Below, piece by piece: positions 11,878 to 25,222 of a stretch of DNA of 64,000 bases; position 1 is the stretch's first letter, and the number at the start of each line of letters is the position of its first letter. Where the stretch lies: NCBI GenBank assembly GCA_964016885.1, contig OZ024743.1, forward strand, positions 154,008,001 through 154,072,000. The letters are read 5' to 3'. A model generated the notes under the pieces. That model saw only the letters and a program-made list of their open reading frames with translations. It made no database searches and was not told the DNA's origin. A program made the translations under genes and the position numbers. Source of the DNA: Eledone cirrhosa (taxonomy: Eukaryota).

Positions 11878-13507
11878 CTACATTTTAAATTTAAATTTAT
11901 ATTTAAACGTTGAGTTTAATCTATGTTTGCAACAACTGAATAAATTTGTCCGTAGGTTAAGGGAATTTTTAGATTTTAGTATAAAGAATATCTCCTCTGC
12001 GCAGAGGTCACATGTCTCAGAGGATGAATTAAAAGGAATCCCCCTTGAGACTATATTCCAAGCCGTCGAATATCTAACGTTATCTAGTACGCCTGATAGT
12101 GCCGTTGAAGATTTTTTACTTGGATCTGTGAAAGAATTCTTGTGGTTATTATAGCGAAGTTTAAATTCCGTCGATGTGGAACCGACGTAGTTAAAAGAAT
12201 TAGAGTCAGTATTAACATTACAATTGTATACTATATTTTTAACTAAACAGTTGTTATTTAACGGACATTTAGATCTATCTCTACAGTTACATTTGTTAAC
12301 TTGTATATTATTTATGCTATTATCACTAGGTTTTAAGTTCCTATTATTTATTCTATTAATATTTTGTGCTAAATTTTTGGTGGATGAGTAGGTTAATTTA
12401 ATTGTATGCCTATTGAAAATTGAGTGATACCTATGTGTTCTAGGGAAGCGATTATCAAGAGCTTTGAAAAATAATTTAGCGATGTGGGTTTTAATGTTTA
12501 GTGAGAAAGGGGGGGGGGGGGCAAACCAAATTATGTTCCTAGTTCTATTTCTTTTTTGGCCTTTGGAATTATTGTAATGCTTTCTATTATAGTTGTTAAT
12601 GTTGTTGCCGTAATTAAAAAAGTTGTTACTTTGTTTAGTTTGTCTATCATTATCTATGTACACAATCTTATCGGCATATCCTGCCCTAGCTAATGCTTCA
12701 TTATAGTATTGGGCCTTTTCGTCGAAAATCTTTCTATTCGACGAGATCCTAGAGATACGTTTTTGAACGGAGTTTACTATAGTGTTTTTGACAGATCTGG
12801 GCTGGTTAGAGTTAAAGTTGACATAGTTTAAGTTTTCATTCAACTTGTGAAAAGGATAGTGGAGACATGTGTTCAGATTTAATGTTATATCTAGGAAATT
12901 GACTATTCTATGGTTGTTCTCAATTTCTATTTTAAGGTTAAAGTAATTAAAAAATTTTGTAATTTGTTTACATTTTCTATTTAGTTCAGGGTTATTATTA
13001 TTAATATGTAAAAGCATGTCATGCCTATATAAACCTCCGGTAGTATCAGGTATTTTCCTATTTAGCGAATTGATTAAAAATAAGCCCACAAGGTCAGTTA
13101 CCTGAGCTGAGTCGGAAGATCCCATAGTTATGTCAAAATTGCTATCTCTATCTGCTCTGGTCCATAATTTGTCATTAAATTCTATCAAAGTTTTCCTAGC
13201 CGATAATATAATATGCATTTCTTTGCTAGTTAGGTCAGTATGTTTGAATGCGTAATTTAGTGCCTTATTTAGTAGACTAGGGGTAATAGAAGAATAATAG
13301 TTAGCTATATCAAGTTGAATAAACCTATTATTATTGTTATATTTAATTTGCCTAAACCACTCAACAACCTCTCCAGTTCCCTTCCACAAGCTCAGGTTAG
13401 ATACACAATCCAAGTTCTTAATTTGCTGTATCACCCTGTCAAGAATGTTTTTGCTTAATTTGCCCAGGTCCGATTTTGATGGTGCGATCAATCTAACTGG
13501 CAGGTCA
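11878..13507 (-). CDS. PLE reverse transcriptase plus GIY-YIG endonuclease, 5'-truncated, catalytic motif reads YRHD
   Basis: PVRLIAPSKS, QLDIANYYSSI, ITMGSSDS, GLYRHD, VNFLDITL, CNC..CPL..CL, IVY..YVG..FKLRYNNH, CDLC..E, LN.R...CKH. The first ~11 aa of the track ORF come from the inverted pLTR. Confidence 0.92.
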
Positions 13508-13627
13508 TTTTTCTCTCTTTCTTTCTCTCTGTATAACATTTTTTCACTGCCAGCTTAACCTCTTCAAATGCAAGTCGGTATTATACCGGTATGTCGAATC
13601 TATTTATCTATAAAACTGTTTACATTG

Positions 13628-13693
13628 TATTTTGTCTGAGGAAGGCATAGCATATTGTTAATATGATATCCTCGAAATATATATAATGAAATA
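13628..13693 (+). ncRNA. Hammerhead ribozyme in the inverted pLTR copy
   Basis: Reverse-complement twin of 10419-10484: CTGAGGA at 13636, GAAA at 13674. Confidence 0.75.
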
Positions 13694-13760
13694 AATATGG
13701 TTTTATAAATATAGTTTCCATTTATTTAATATTGTATATATATATATATATATTTATTTA

Positions 13761-14130
13761 TTAAAATAACAGATTAAAGTTTAAGCAAAGAATCAATAGG
13801 AGGAAGACAGGAAGACGATACTTTGGTTCGTGGAAACGTTCTCTGGCAAAGAACGGGAAAAAACGAATATAATACGTCATTATTTGGAGTGGTGAAAAAA
13901 CAATTACACGCAAAGACAAAACCACGTTTATGGTATAAAAGAAGTCATAGACTAATATTCTATTAGGTGGTTCATAGAGACGTCCTCTGGCAATGAACGG
14001 AAAAAACGAAGATAATACCTCATATGTGGAGCGGGGGAGAACAATTGCACGCAAAGACAAAACCACGTAAATGGAATAATTGTCAACAATTAAATATATT
14101 AAACCAAAATTTGATTGTTTTATACTCTGC

Positions 14131-14132
<2 letters not shown>
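13761..14132 (+). repeat. Dispersed repeat family C with an internal ~145-bp tandem unit (also 19610-19890, 22143-22282, 27866-27960)
   Basis: Shared taaaataacagattaaagtttaagcaaagaatc and cacgcaaagacaaaaccacgt blocks. Confidence 0.75.
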
Positions 14133-14161
<29 letters not shown>

Positions 14162-14374
14162 AATTTCATATTTCGAAAGAAATACGAGTTTAGGAAGCCG
14201 TAGCTATGCGAGCAACGGGGGGCTCACGCCCTCTGGTGTAATCCAGCAGAAGCAAGGGGGACAACCTTCTATGCATTTCAGATTTGACTGGGCATCGCCA
14301 GGATGATCCCTCCCACTGCCCTGCAACTACTAGACTTGAAAACAACCGAGAATATATAGTTTTCTCGTCTGTGT

Positions 14375-15773
14375 AAATGAGGAAGCGTTAGTATTGGGGT
14401 GTTCTTTTCTAATGTGAAGTAGTCTTGTGGTGCTACCTATGTAGAAATTGCTGCATTTGTCGCACTCTAATCTATATACGACGTAAGCCTGCTGGAATAG
14501 GTCTGTGTCGTTGATGGGGCAGTTGGCTAGCCTGCAGCGGCTGTCAGGTCTTGTGGAGTGTCTTTTGGTTAGCTGTCCGCATAGAGAAGGTCCTGAGTGG
14601 GCTAGTTGGATATCTAGTCCCTCTCGTCTGATAGCTCTGCGGATGGTTGTTGTTGTTTCGTCACTGAAGTGTGGGAGCTTCAGGAAGCATGTGTTAGTGC
14701 CTCGTGTGTGGTGTCCTCTGTTGTTTCTGGCACGGTTCGCGGTGGACGTCGGGTATCCGTTCAGTTTAAGTACTTCCAGGAAATGTGTGGTGTGTGTGTC
14801 TCAGTCTCTTGCGTCGGTACATCTGTTCCGGATACGTGTAGTTCATTACTTATGTATCCGAACGGCTGGAAGGGCCGATCTGAAATGTACGAACAGGTCC
14901 CTGCTGGCGGCTTTTTTATATCAACGACACATACCTATGCCACCAGGCTTACGTCCTATACAGATTAGAGTGCGACAAATGCAGCAATTTCTACATAGGT
15001 AGCACCACCAGACCACCTCCGATAAGAATAAAAGAACACCTCAATATTAACGCTTCCTCATTTAAGAAACACCTAGTGAAATGCAAAAACACCGACAAAT
15101 ACATAACAGTTACGATAGAAGCTAAGGAAAGAAACTTCGGCAAACTTAGAATTAAGGAAGCACTGATTATAGACAAAACACACCCCACCAATCAATAATA
15201 GACTAGAACTCAAAACCTAATTTTTAATATGATAGAGCACCTAGCTCCACACTTACACCCCCTCTCACACACACACACGCTTGCACCTCCACTTATGCTC
15301 AGTCTCACATACACAAAGACGAGTTTTAACATGATAGAGCATCTAGGCCCCACATTTACATATAGACATATTCTCTCACACTCACACACACACGCATACT
15401 TACGCCTTCACGTATTCTCCCACAGATTTAAACATTCATGTACAAAACCCCTGTTAAAGGGAAACAACTCTTTATCCACCTAACCTTCACTCTTTGACAT
15501 TAGAGATAGAATTGAATCTCTATAACATTTCCTGTCAGCATGACTTGGCAAGCTAATTAGTACACTGGATTAACCTCTTTACTTCCCTCCGAAGAAGAGA
15601 TATTGTCTCGAAAATTAAGGATATTTAAATACATTTAAGGTAAGAGACTAACTGTTAAGAATATCTTTTGCATTTGCATTTATATACTATATCCATACCT
15701 CAATTGTCTTGACCTTCCAACTCCAAACGTTTATACCTCATTACGCCATGCTTCAAGTAGACAACAATTTCGT

Positions 15774-15776
<3 letters not shown>
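14375..15776. mobile_element. PLE remnants arranged divergently: RT thumb plus partial EN on minus (14375-14919); EN plus 3' pLTR on plus (14920-15776)
   Basis: Plus strand: VLYRLECDKCSNFYIGSTTR..RIKEH..RIKEALII..PTINNR. Minus strand: AASRDLFVHFRSALP..RIRNRC..LKLNGYP. 14375-14514 is an inverted copy of 14920-15063. Confidence 0.85.
15582..15644 (+). ncRNA. Hammerhead-like motif (U4C core) in PLE pLTR
   Basis: cttccct-CCGAAGA-a-gaga-tattg-tctc-GAAA-at...attta-aggtaag; stem I 6/7 pairs. Confidence 0.55.
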
Positions 15777-15861
<85 letters not shown>

Positions 15862-15868
15862 TTATATA

Positions 15869-15972
<104 letters not shown>

Positions 15973-16119
15973 CTTGTCTATGAATATATATATATGTATA
16001 TATATATATATAGGAAAATGTTCAGGAGGACCCCGAAGGCGGAGTTTAGGCCACCTCGACGGCTATTTCTGGACACACACACATATATAAATATATATAT
16101 ATATATATATACACACAGA

Positions 16120-17445
<1,326 letters not shown>

Positions 17446-17499
17446 ATTACTATATAATATATATATATATACTGAACGAGCAATACAGTGTTTTCACAC

Positions 17500-17760
17500 C
17501 TCAGTGAGGCACGTGCGAATATATAAGTCAAATAAGCTATTTAACACAACTAATTTACACAGAGAAATGGCAACAACCAACTGTATAGATACAAAGGAAG
17601 AAGCTGTAATATCAGCTATATATGAAATGAGAGAAAATTCAGCTGCTGGCACCAGTAATCCTAAAATTATGCAAACACTATAACAAAACCATAAGTGTTT
17701 TTTAACCTTCATATCATGTATCCCCATTTTATCTGATGAAAAGGCAAATGTCATCTCATA
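17500..17760 (+). mobile_element. Old CR1-like LINE ORF2 fragment
   Basis: CIDTKEEAVISAIYEMRENSAAG...KANVI resembles the pre-RT region of CR1-group LINEs. Confidence 0.45.
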
Positions 17761-17825
17761 ATGATATTTGTTTTTGAAATGCGTATTATAAAATACTTGG
17801 AACTCTTTTAACCATCATTTGATCT

Positions 17826-17889
<64 letters not shown>

Positions 17890-18004
17890 TAGAAAGTGAG
17901 GTTTTTTTACAAAATGAAAAATAACCGAGGGGTCCTACACGAGTGAAAAAAAAAATGTTTTTTAAAAATAAAACTCCAGTTGCATTTTCGATTTCATCTT
18001 TTTT

Positions 18005-18052
<48 letters not shown>

Positions 18053-18254
18053 GTCAGTATGTCTGTCTGTGTGTATGGGTGTGTGTGTACTTTGGACAGT
18101 GTGGAATGGTTTTACTGGCTGGATAACCTTCCTATCACCAATTTCTTTACACCATGGACTGGGTGCATCATTCAGCACTAGAGAAGTTATTTTACTTGCC
18201 TGAAGGGATCTTTCTACCCTGTATCAATTTTTATTCAGGGTGACTGCTCTCCTA

Positions 18255-18800
18255 GATGTGCTTCCTTCTACATGACTTACAGAGCCTTCATCAATCCCAA
18301 TGCATTCGTATTTTATTCAGAGGGATTGGTCCCCTAGACAGGCTGTGTTTTGCATGGCTTATAAGACCCACGTGCACCTCACACAGCTGTATTCTATTCA
18401 GCATCACTGCCCTTCTTGTTGACCTATTTTGCACAGTCATATTTCATTTCGAGTCACTGCCCCCAGAATGGAAAAAAATTAGGGAACTCTTACCTCTGCT
18501 AACAAGGAAAGATTGCACTCTATGAATTAAAGGTTGGCTGCAATGTGCCTATGTGTGAAGTGGTATACTGCATGATAGTGAGACATGGGCAATGGATGCA
18601 GATGACATGCAGAGGTTTGAGAGAAATGAGGCAAGCATGCTTCGATGGATGTTTTAGAATGACAAAGCAAGGAAGAATTGAGGAAGAAACTGGCTTTAAG
18701 AGGAATGAAATGTAGTGCACTGGAAAGGAGACTTGAAGCGTTCAGTTCATAAGTGGGATTCAAGTGCAATGCCTGCAAACATTCAACAAGAATTGAGGTG
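18255..18800 (+). mobile_element. Decayed RTE LINE 3' fragment
   Basis: EWKKIRELLPLLTRK..ILHDSETWAM..RFERNEASMLRWM (18465-18660). Confidence 0.75.
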
Positions 18801-20064
18801 CAATGTATGTGGCTGATTTTTTATAAAACGAGCTTGTTTTGTTAACCCTCACACGGGCAGGGAGATATCAAGCCAACTCTGAGATTGTTCTACCGCCAAA
18901 TATTCCATGGCATATTTGCAGTGAGGGTGGCTTAATTTGAAAGTCAGTGGGTGGTCTGATCAGACACGGTAAAATGATGAAAACCACCCCGCCGGTCGTA
19001 CCAGGTGACAGACAGTTCAAGTGTCACATCATTTGAATGTATCTGCAAAAGGAAAATCGGTCAGAAAGTGTGCTGAATGCCATTCCTAGGAACAACCATA
19101 TTTGCAGTGTGGACTGGGTGCTTTTTGTCATGACACCTACATGACCACTTTACAATGTTGACTGGGTGCTTATTGTCATGGCTCCAAGATGATCATGGAG
19201 GAAATGCAGGGGTATTGGGGAGGCAGATATAGGGGTGGGGAGATTAAAGTGAGGAAGGTGTATGGGAGGGGTGATGTGAGGGAAGGTGGTGCATATTAGA
19301 TGCATGCCTCAGCTCCTGCATATATTCATATATGATATATATTCATAATTAGGAAGGGTATGCACCCATAGAAACTAAGCCAGAATAGTTCTGTATGAGC
19401 AAGGCGTCATCTGACCTGACTTGACTCACAATGACGCCTCTCTTCTAACGCAAGCTAGCATGGAAAAATGGATGTTAAATGGTGATGATAATGATCATAT
19501 TCATACAATATCAGCATCATCGTTTAACTTCCGTTGTTCCATGCTAGCATGGGTTAGACGGACTGTCCAGTGTGAGGCAAGTTGGGTCACACATCTATAT
19601 ATATATATATAAAATAACAGATTAAAGTTTAAGCAAAGAATCACTGCTTTCACCCTTAACGGGATCTTCTGAAACTAAAAAAATCAATCTGTGAACACAA
19701 AATTAAATACTTTAAAAAATGTGGCAACCGAAGGAAAACAGGAAGACGACACTTTGGTTCGTGAAGACGTTCCCTGGCAATGAACGGAAAAAAGCGAAGA
19801 TAATACGTCGTTATGTGGATCGTTGAGAACAATTACACGCAAAGACAATACCACGTTTATGGTATAAATGGTATCATTAGACTAATATTCTACTTACTTT
19901 TAGGTTCACTTTTGTGTTGACGTGTAGAGCTAGACAGTGTGTATTATAATAAAATAAAACGAGGACAAGTGGTTACTCCTTCATTATGTTTATTGGGTTG
20001 GTGATGCGCGTTTTGCTACTGATCAGCTCAAGATTCAATCTGTATCCATCTCTCTCTCTATATA

Positions 20065-20104
<40 letters not shown>

Positions 20105-20116
20105 TATATATATATA

Positions 20117-21095
20117 TACAAAATTAAATTAAGGGTGTCATGTCCGAGAACATGCGCCATATCCTCTGTAGAATATGCTCAAAGAGTCCAGCGAATAGAT
20201 CCGAGCATTTTATATCAACTAGAAATTGATTGCATATATAGATATATCTAAATTAAACACATGAAACAATCACAGGGAATAATTTGTAAAAGTGAGTAAG
20301 CACACACAGCTAGGTAGGTAACTAATTAAAGTTTAACTAGAACTTTAAATATAGATACCTTTTAAAATGATTAATGTTCCCTGTATATATTTCATTAAAG
20401 AAATATATTTCACCATCAATCGATCGGTAAGCCACAGTAGGCAAATCCCGGATTGTCAACAAGCTGCGTGGGCTTACACACTTTTACAAATTATTGCCTC
20501 TGATTATTTCATATGTTTATTTTAGATATATATATATGTCAATCAATTTCTAGTTGATATAACATGCTGGGATCTATTCATTGCAATCCTTGAGCATTTT
20601 CTACTGTGGATATGGCGCATGTCTCTCGGACATGACACCCTTAATTTAATTTTGGATATATATATGGCCCCTTAATTATAGAGCTAACTCAGTTGAAAGG
20701 ACTTGGCTGCTATTTCTAGTTGTCGATAATCCTATTCACGACACTGAGATGACGTTGGTATGACGTGTGTATTTTAAAAAAATGCAACACGTGCTGCAGG
20801 TCATTCGCAGATTTGCATTTGATGTGTAAACACAGATATTCAAATCTTCGCCCTTGTTGAAAATCCGTATTTGGCTAAGGTGGTTTACGGATCGATTAAT
20901 GGTGAAATATATTTCTTCAATGAAATATATACAAGGAAGATTAATCATTTTAAAAGGTATCTATATTTAAAGTTCTAGTTAAACTTTAATTAGTTACCTA
21001 CCTAGCTATGTGTGCTTACACACTTTTACAAATTATTCCCTGTGATTGTTTCATATGTTTATTTTAGATGTATATATGTCAATCAATTTCTAGTT
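20117..21095. repeat. Family B cluster: inverted copy (20117-20465) facing tandem direct copies (20466-21095)
   Basis: aaaattaaattaagggtgtcatgtccgaga versus tctcggacatgacacccttaatttaatttt; body matches 4670-5095. Confidence 0.8.
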
Positions 21096-21341
21096 ATATA
21101 TATATATATATATATATAAACAATTAAGTTAAAAATGTACATCCACATATGTATACTGAAATACTAGTATGCATATGAATACACACACGTGTACATATGT
21201 AGATGTACCGAGTTTTTCACTGGTCACTTTACTGTGAGTGTCCAGCTATTCTGTATGTAAACACACAGACAAACCGGTTTTTAGAGTCATACTGGTTTTT
21301 GAGGAAACACCTTTCCTCTATCCTCAGAAAGCCAGACAAGG

Positions 21342-21386
21342 AATATTGGACTAGTTTCGATGTTGTTACATCTCATCAGCAATATT
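21342..21386 (-). ncRNA. Minimal type I hammerhead ribozyme, intact core
   Basis: aatattg-CTGATGA-gatgt-aaca-acatc-GAAAC-TA-GTC-caatatt. Confidence 0.92.
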
Positions 21387-21471
21387 TACCTATCTTCCGG
21401 CCTTTCTAGAGAATCGTGAAAGCACATATCGTTATATGCTTTTTCTATGAAAATTAGTAGTGGGCAGACCA

Positions 21472-21479
21472 ATTTGCAT
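21472..21479 (-). promoter_or_regulatory. Octamer ATGCAAAT conserved in the HHR repeat family (also 21939-21946, 56759-56766, 57089-57096)
   Basis: Perfect in all four units although the two subfamilies are otherwise strongly diverged; function is inferred. Confidence 0.5.
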
Positions 21480-21807
21480 AGAGCGTGAGTACGTACCGGT
21501 TCAACGGAGACGATAAAAACAAATAACGAAACGAAATTAAATTTCGTTTCGTTTGTAACTCACTTTTGAATGACTGACGCTTAAACAATTAAGTTAAAAA
21601 TGTACATCCACATATGTATACTGAAATACTAGTATGCATATGAATACACACACGTGTACATATGTAGATGTACCGTGTTTTTCACTGGTCACTTTACTGT
21701 GAGTGTCCAGCTATTCTGTATGTAAACACACAGACAAACCGATTTTTAGATTCATACTGGTTTTTGAGGAAAGACCTTTCTTCTATTCTCCAGAAAGCCA
21801 GACAAGG

Positions 21808-21852
21808 AATATTGGACTAGTTTCGATGTTGTTACATCTCGTCAGCAATATT
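21808..21852 (-). ncRNA. Minimal type I hammerhead ribozyme, intact core
   Basis: aatattg-CTGACGA-gatgt-aaca-acatc-GAAAC-TA-GTC-caatatt. Confidence 0.92.
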
Positions 21853-22071
21853 TACCTATCTTCCGGCCTTTCTAGAGTATCGTGAAAGCACATTATCGTT
21901 ATATGCTTTTTCTATGAAAATTAGTAGTGGGCAGACCAATTTGCATAGAGCGTGAGTACGTACCGGTTCAACGGAGACGATAAAAACAAATAACGAAACG
22001 AAATTAAATTTCGTTTCGTTTGTAACTCACTTTTGTATGACTGACGCTTAAACAATTAAGTTAAAAATATA

Positions 22072-22146
<75 letters not shown>

Positions 22147-22275
22147 ATAATAATAAATTTGAAGACTAAAATCCAAAGAGGGCTCGATAAGGATAAATAT
22201 ATGTCAAATATATAAGAACCGTAGAGTTTCAGAAGATCCGGTTAAGCAATTCTTTGCTTAAACTTTAGTCTGCTA

Positions 22276-22391
<116 letters not shown>

Positions 22392-22576
22392 TAAATATAT
22401 ATATAAAAATATATAACAAATATATATATAAACATATTTTGCTTGTTTTACCACAACAAATTAAATATAACCTCTACATATATACAAGCGGAGCTGCTGA
22501 TGTATACCACCATTTCAAACTGCTAATCTTGAGTGAAACGTTGATGTAAATAATGAACTTACAATCACATGTTATA

Positions 22577-22623
22577 TGCCTTGAAAAGACCTACCATATG
22601 GTCGGACGAAACGGCTGTCGGCA
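22577..22623 (+). ncRNA. Hammerhead variant with U3-A8 core
   Basis: tgcc-TTGAAAA-gacctacc-atat-ggtcggac-GAAAC-GGCT-GTC-ggca; stem II 6/8 pairs. Confidence 0.55.
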
Positions 22624-22667
22624 ATACACTTGTTATAATGTCATAATAGTTCCTTTGTTCTTTTTCA

Positions 22668-22731
<64 letters not shown>

Positions 22732-22737
22732 TATATG

Positions 22738-22774
<37 letters not shown>

Positions 22775-22830
22775 GTATATATATATGTATATATATATAT
22801 ATGTATATAAATATATCTATATTATATTAT

Positions 22831-23021
22831 AGGGCAGTGGATTTGCAGTATCGGTAGAGGGTCGGACGGCATGTTTGCAGCATAGAGTTATGACCCTTTA
22901 TATTCTGAGTACAAATCCCGCCGAGGTTAACTTTACCTTTCATCCTTATGGGGTCGATAAAATAAAGTACCAGTAATACACTGGGATAATTGCTGGCCTT
23001 GTGCCAAAAGTAGAACAATTA
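22831..23021 (+). mobile_element. tRNA-derived SINE, family A
   Basis: Full-length match to 1769-1958. Confidence 0.9.
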
Positions 23022-23202
23022 TATATTATATTATATCTTTTATTTATCTTCATCGAGGGAACACAAGCACTACCCAACTTTTCAAGGCACAAATTTGACC
23101 ATACATCTAGAATACTAGATGTATCTAATTAGTGACCTATCATTTGGTGCTTATGCAAATACACCTTGTTTTCTGTATATACACGCACACTCTCTCACAC
23201 AC

Positions 23203-23283
<81 letters not shown>

Positions 23284-23341
23284 CACATCTATATATCATT
23301 TGCTCCCCTGAAAAGCAGACATTAAATGACGGTGATGATGA

Positions 23342-23382
<41 letters not shown>

Positions 23383-24263
23383 CACACACACACATCTCTA
23401 TATATACACATACATATAGTTTTTTCCAAGTTTTAATCAATGCAGTGTTGTTCAAGAGCATACTAGCTATATTAATGCACCTATTTCCACTCCAGTAATT
23501 TTTAATGCCAGCACCAGCCAAGCCTGATTAAATATCACATTTAGTTTAGAGAACCTGCTTAGCAAGATTTACTTTCTTAAGTACTACTCTATAATTGTCA
23601 GGTCTTCAGGGGTTAACATTGAAAACCTGATAAACTGTATTCATCTGTACTTTTATGTCTAAGTAATGAATTATTCTCCTAAATATAGATTCACGTTTAT
23701 GTTATTTTTATCATTATATTTCTTTGTATAATAAAATTAAGCTACATACTTCAAGCCTGCAATTAAATGCTGGGATTAGTTTCTAATTAGTTTAAGACAT
23801 CAAAGCAAATTTAGTTAAAGGGCACAATGTCAATAACTAATAGATTTAACATGGTAGTTGATTGATTGAAATCATATTATTGTCATCTAATCAGCTTTTA
23901 CAATTAACTGACATTTGCATACTACTGAATCGATATATACATAAACCACTCTAATAAGTATTTGGAATCTAATAATACAAAGAACAAATTTGAACAATAA
24001 TCCTGAGAATTAGAATAAGTAGTTTTCAATTAAATAATTTGAGCTTCTGTCATATCAAATAAGCCACGTTTATGTTGCACCTTGACTTAGTCAATATAAG
24101 AAGCTAGATATCCTTCCACAAATCAACAAATCTATACTCTTTTTATATTAGAGACTACTTGTTTTAATCCTGAATCTGAGAACTATATGCTCACAAGAAA
24201 GTCAGCAGCTACTGAAAGAAATTCTGAACGGCTGCTTCTCTGCTGTAGCTTTGTTCAATCTAG

Positions 24264-25222
24264 AACTAGACATGAACAATGCGCAAGCTCAAACGTGCCA
24301 CAGAATGTTATAATAAACCTTCAAAAGTGTGGGACTAGACTTGTTGCTAAAAAATATTGTAATCATTATATATCGTACATTCTGTGGCATCCTTTATAAA
24401 AATAGCTTAAACCAACGAAGCCTTTATTTTTACGCTATTTCACTTAGTTAATTCTTAGAGTGTAACATATAAAAATATGATTTACAACTATAAAATAAAT
24501 TAATTAATATAATAACAGAGCTGCGGAGCTGAAATTTAGGAAATAATGGAGTATCGGATCCTGAGTTGGAGCCAGTCAATTTTTAGCCGACTCCGCAGCC
24601 CTGTATAATACATTTCATATTAAAGTTATTAATAAACCTATTTTACACTGCATGCAAATTACCATGAGATATTGATATTAGATATAAGATACAGCGCAAT
24701 ATCTACAGCTGTAAAAGTACGAAAGCGAAGTAATAATAAGTGGCTTAAGGTAATTCCAATATGAAAGTTTGTAGTGATAAAAATTTGATAATGCAATACG
24801 ATTGTTAATATTATAGTTCTATGAAAATGTAACAATAGATAACTAAATTATTTTACTATTAGTATATTTAAGAAATTATCATTATAGATTTGATCGTTCA
24901 TATAAGCATCATATTAATTTTCAACACAATTATTTTGTTACTATGAGTATATGATAATAATATTACGTAATTATTTATAGCTGTTATTACATTAAACATA
25001 GATGTATTTATTTTTATATGTTACACTCTAAGAATTAACTAAGTGAAATAGCGTAAAAATAAAGGCTTCGTTGGTTTAAGCTATTTTTATAAAGGATGCC
25101 AGAGAATGTACGATATATAATGATTACAATATTTTTTAGCAACAACTCTAGTCCCACACTTTTGAAGGTTTATTATAACATTCTGTGGCACTTTTGAGCT
25201 TGCGCATTTTTCATGTCTAGTT
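24264..25222. mobile_element. Non-autonomous foldback element with ~210-bp near-perfect terminal inverted repeats
   Basis: 24264-24477 is reverse-complemented at about 25010-25222. Confidence 0.8.
24516..24603. mobile_element. 88-bp hAT-type MITE nested in the foldback element
   Basis: TIRs CAGAGCTGCGGAG / CTCCGCAGCCCTG; 8-bp TSD tataataa / tataatac. Confidence 0.75.

Larger units (their letters stand above)
10289..13735 (-). mobile_element. PLE (Naiad-like) with ~1.6-kb 3' UTR/pLTR and an inverted 5' pLTR copy
   Basis: About 10377-10604 is the near-exact reverse complement of about 13508-13735; the RT and GIY-YIG ORF lies between them. Confidence 0.92.
21117..22067 (-). mobile_element. Head-to-tail dimer of a ~466-bp non-coding unit, one hammerhead per unit (retrozyme-like)
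   Basis: caattaagttaaaaat recurs at 21121, 21586 and 22053; units near-identical; no meaningful ORF; bounded by (TA)n. Confidence 0.85.

Noticed and set aside
11878-13507. Selenocysteine recoding as reported for some Naiad elements
   Set aside because: No in-frame TGA in this ORF.
17494-17754. Minus-strand ORF with MFS/SLC46-like words (SDKMG, SYIADIT)
   Set aside because: Motif spacing is too short and no other exons are seen; the opposite strand fits a CR1 ORF2 segment better. BLASTX would settle it.
23410-24200. Possible ancient LINE RT on the minus strand (similar case at 51280-52200, plus)
   Set aside because: Too degraded to assign motifs reliably.
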